NCBI GenBank assembly: GCA_028715965.1
Contig: JAQUQS010000001.1
Location: 1,259 to 65,258 of the forward strand
Direction of reading: 5' to 3'
DNA from: Candidatus Omnitrophota bacterium
Lineage (GTDB): Bacteria > Omnitrophota > Gorgyraeia > Tantalellales > Tantalellaceae
Length of the DNA: 64,000 nt
Below are positions 62,655 to 64,000 of this stretch, piece by piece (the stretch's first letter is position 1; every line of letters begins with the position of its first letter). Made by a program: the position numbers and the translations under genes. The notes beneath the pieces are model-generated. The model was not told the origin of the DNA, ran no database searches, and saw only the letters and a program-made list of their open reading frames with translations.

Positions 62655-63200
62655 TTATTTATCGCTTTCTTCCTTTTTATCTTTTACAGCGTTTATCGCG
62701 TATAAAAGACTCCTTAAAACACCGGATAGAACGCTGACAAATCCGGTTATAGGCGCGTTCATCGTGCCGAGCACCATAGCTATGAGCTGTTCGCGTCCCG
62801 GCAATTCAGAAAGCTCCTTTATCCTTGCACCCTCCAGCACCTGTCCGTCCAGGTACCCTCTGGATACAACAAAACCTTTATTCTGCTTCGAGAACTCCAC
62901 CATTATCTTGGCGATCTTCACGGGTTCTTCCGATATAACCCCTAACCCAAGCATCTTTTTGTCGTTCAAAGTCCCGTCAAGCCCATCAATGCCCATTTCC
63001 TTGAGCGCTAAGCGCGTTATGCGGTTCTTGATGACCACATACTTGGACCCGGAGCGTTTCATTTGCTTTCTGAGAACATCTATCTCGGACGCCTTAATGT
63101 TTTCCAGGCTGGCCACAAAGAAGCCCTTGTTATCGGTCAAGATGGTCTTGACCTCATTAAGCATCTTTTCCCTTACTTTTTTCCCGTATTTATCGACCAT
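62655..63200 (-). CDS. rplJ: 50S ribosomal protein L10
   Basis: …KTILTDNKGFFVASLENIKASEIDVLRKQMK… The start is probably MVDKYGKK (63200), which avoids overlap with rplA. The ORF track goes to 63233. Confidence 0.9.
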   Translation of the reverse strand: MVDKYGKKVREKMLNEVKTILTDNKGFFVASLENIKASEIDVLRKQMKRSGSKYVVIKNRITRLALKEMGIDGLDGTLNDKKMLGLGVISEEPVKIAKIMVEFSKQNKGFVVSRGYLDGQVLEGARIKELSELPGREQLIAMVLGTMNAPITGFVSVLSGVLRSLLYAINAVKDKKEESDK

Positions 63201-63204
63201 GATC

Positions 63205-63897
63205 CTATCCTTCCCTGAACTGGTTCTTTTCAAGCTTTATCCCCGGCCCCATAGTGGAACTTATCGAGATGGACTTCACGTTCTGACCCTTCTGCAGTTT
63301 CGGACTGCTCATGATCACGGATCGGACGAATGCCGTTACATTGTCCATGAGAGCTTCCTCGCTGAAAGAAAGCTTGCCTACCGGACCTGTTACTCCGGAT
63401 TGTTTATCCATCCTGTATTCTATCTTACCCGCTTTAAGCTCTTTTACCGCTTTGGCTATCTCGGTCGTGACCGTACCCGACTTAGGGTTGGGCATGAGGC
63501 CCCTGGGACCCAGCACCTTGCCCAGTTTAGCGAGATCCTTCATCATATCGGGAGTGGTAACAGCTACATCGAAATCCAGCCATCCTTCGGATACCTTTTT
63601 CAGAAGGTCGTCCCCGCCCACGAAATCCGCTCCGGCACTTTGCGCTTTTTCCACGAAATCTCCCTTGCAGAATACCGCTACACGGGTCTTCTTGCCCGTA
63701 CCATGTGGCAGCGTAACAGTACCTCTTATGGGCACCGTCGCCTGGTCCACATTAAGGTGCAGCGCTACTTCCACTGTCTGGTCGAACTTCGTAGCAGGCG
63801 CTTTCTTCAAAATAGCGATGGCTTCCTTGATCCCGAGCTCTTTCACTTCCTTGACTAGCTCGTTCATCGCTTTAGCTCTCTTAGTTAACCTGGCCAT
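63205..63897 (-). CDS. rplA: 50S ribosomal protein L1
   Basis: …GPRGLMPNPKSGTVTTEIAKAVKELKAGKIEYR… 230 aa. Confidence 0.95.
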   Translation of the reverse strand: MARLTKRAKAMNELVKEVKELGIKEAIAILKKAPATKFDQTVEVALHLNVDQATVPIRGTVTLPHGTGKKTRVAVFCKGDFVEKAQSAGADFVGGDDLLKKVSEGWLDFDVAVTTPDMMKDLAKLGKVLGPRGLMPNPKSGTVTTEIAKAVKELKAGKIEYRMDKQSGVTGPVGKLSFSEEALMDNVTAFVRSVIMSSPKLQKGQNVKSISISSTMGPGIKLEKNQFREG

Positions 63898-63928
63898 GTA
63901 TCATCTCCTGATTGATGTTATTTAGGTA

Positions 63929-64000
63929 TCATTCCTCAACAACTTCTATGCCCATGCTGCGGGCGGACCCTTTTATGATCTTTACGGCGTTATCTATATC
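63929..64000 (-). CDS. rplK: 50S ribosomal protein L11, C-terminal fragment only (start beyond window end)
   Basis: Hand translation of the minus strand gives …DIDNAVKIIKGSARSMGIEVVEE* (the L11 C-terminus), with a TGA at 63929-63931. Confidence 0.7.
   Translation of the reverse strand, partial: DIDNAVKIIKGSARSMGIEVVEE

Overview
Every gene I can support in this 64-kb window is on the minus strand; the six-frame ORFs on the plus strand are antisense artefacts of those genes. The organism is a diderm (Gram-negative-type) bacterium with roughly 50% GC, judging from its TolC, TonB-dependent receptor, heptose and LpxL-like genes. Reading from high to low coordinates:

- **Core translation/transcription block, ~64000 to 34455.** It runs uninterrupted: rplK (partial), rplA, rplJ, rplL, rpoB, rpoC, rpsL, rpsG, fusA, tuf, then S10 (rpsJ to rpsQ), spc (rplN to rplO, secY, adk, map, infA, rpmJ), and alpha (rpsM, rpsK, rpsD, rpoA, rplQ). 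L30 is missing. An intrinsic terminator closes the block after rplQ.
- **DNA repair unit, 34341 to 28432.** mutS, mutL, nth and a membrane-anchored SNase-family nuclease.
- **Metabolism and accessory genes, 28331 to 1.**
  - aspC-like, leuC, leuD, lipB, and a stand-alone lipoyl-domain protein.
  - A glycolipid/cell-envelope cluster: a GT28 glycosyltransferase, an LpxL-family acyltransferase, and a GT2 fused to DUF368.
  - A small membrane protein, a cobalamin riboswitch with terminator driving a btuB-like TonB-dependent receptor, and marR, TolC-like and RND genes with no adaptor (MFP) gene.
  - A tandem-M16 peptidase, a MEMO1-like protein, a patatin, a flippase-like membrane protein, aroQ, an M24 peptidase, efp, accB and accC.
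  - An AmaP-like protein, gmhA, an rfaE domain-II gene, a hypothetical protein and thiC (partial).

The most unusual items are:

- the GT2–DUF368 (polyprenyl-phosphate translocase-like) fusion inside the glycolipid cluster;
- the B12 riboswitch next to btuB;
- a long perfect palindrome upstream of marR;
- an RND/OMF pair without an adaptor;
- a lipoyl-domain protein next to lipB.

No CRISPR array, rRNA, tRNA or obvious mobile element was seen. Every assignment rests on my own reading of the translated ORFs and their motifs; no database search was possible.
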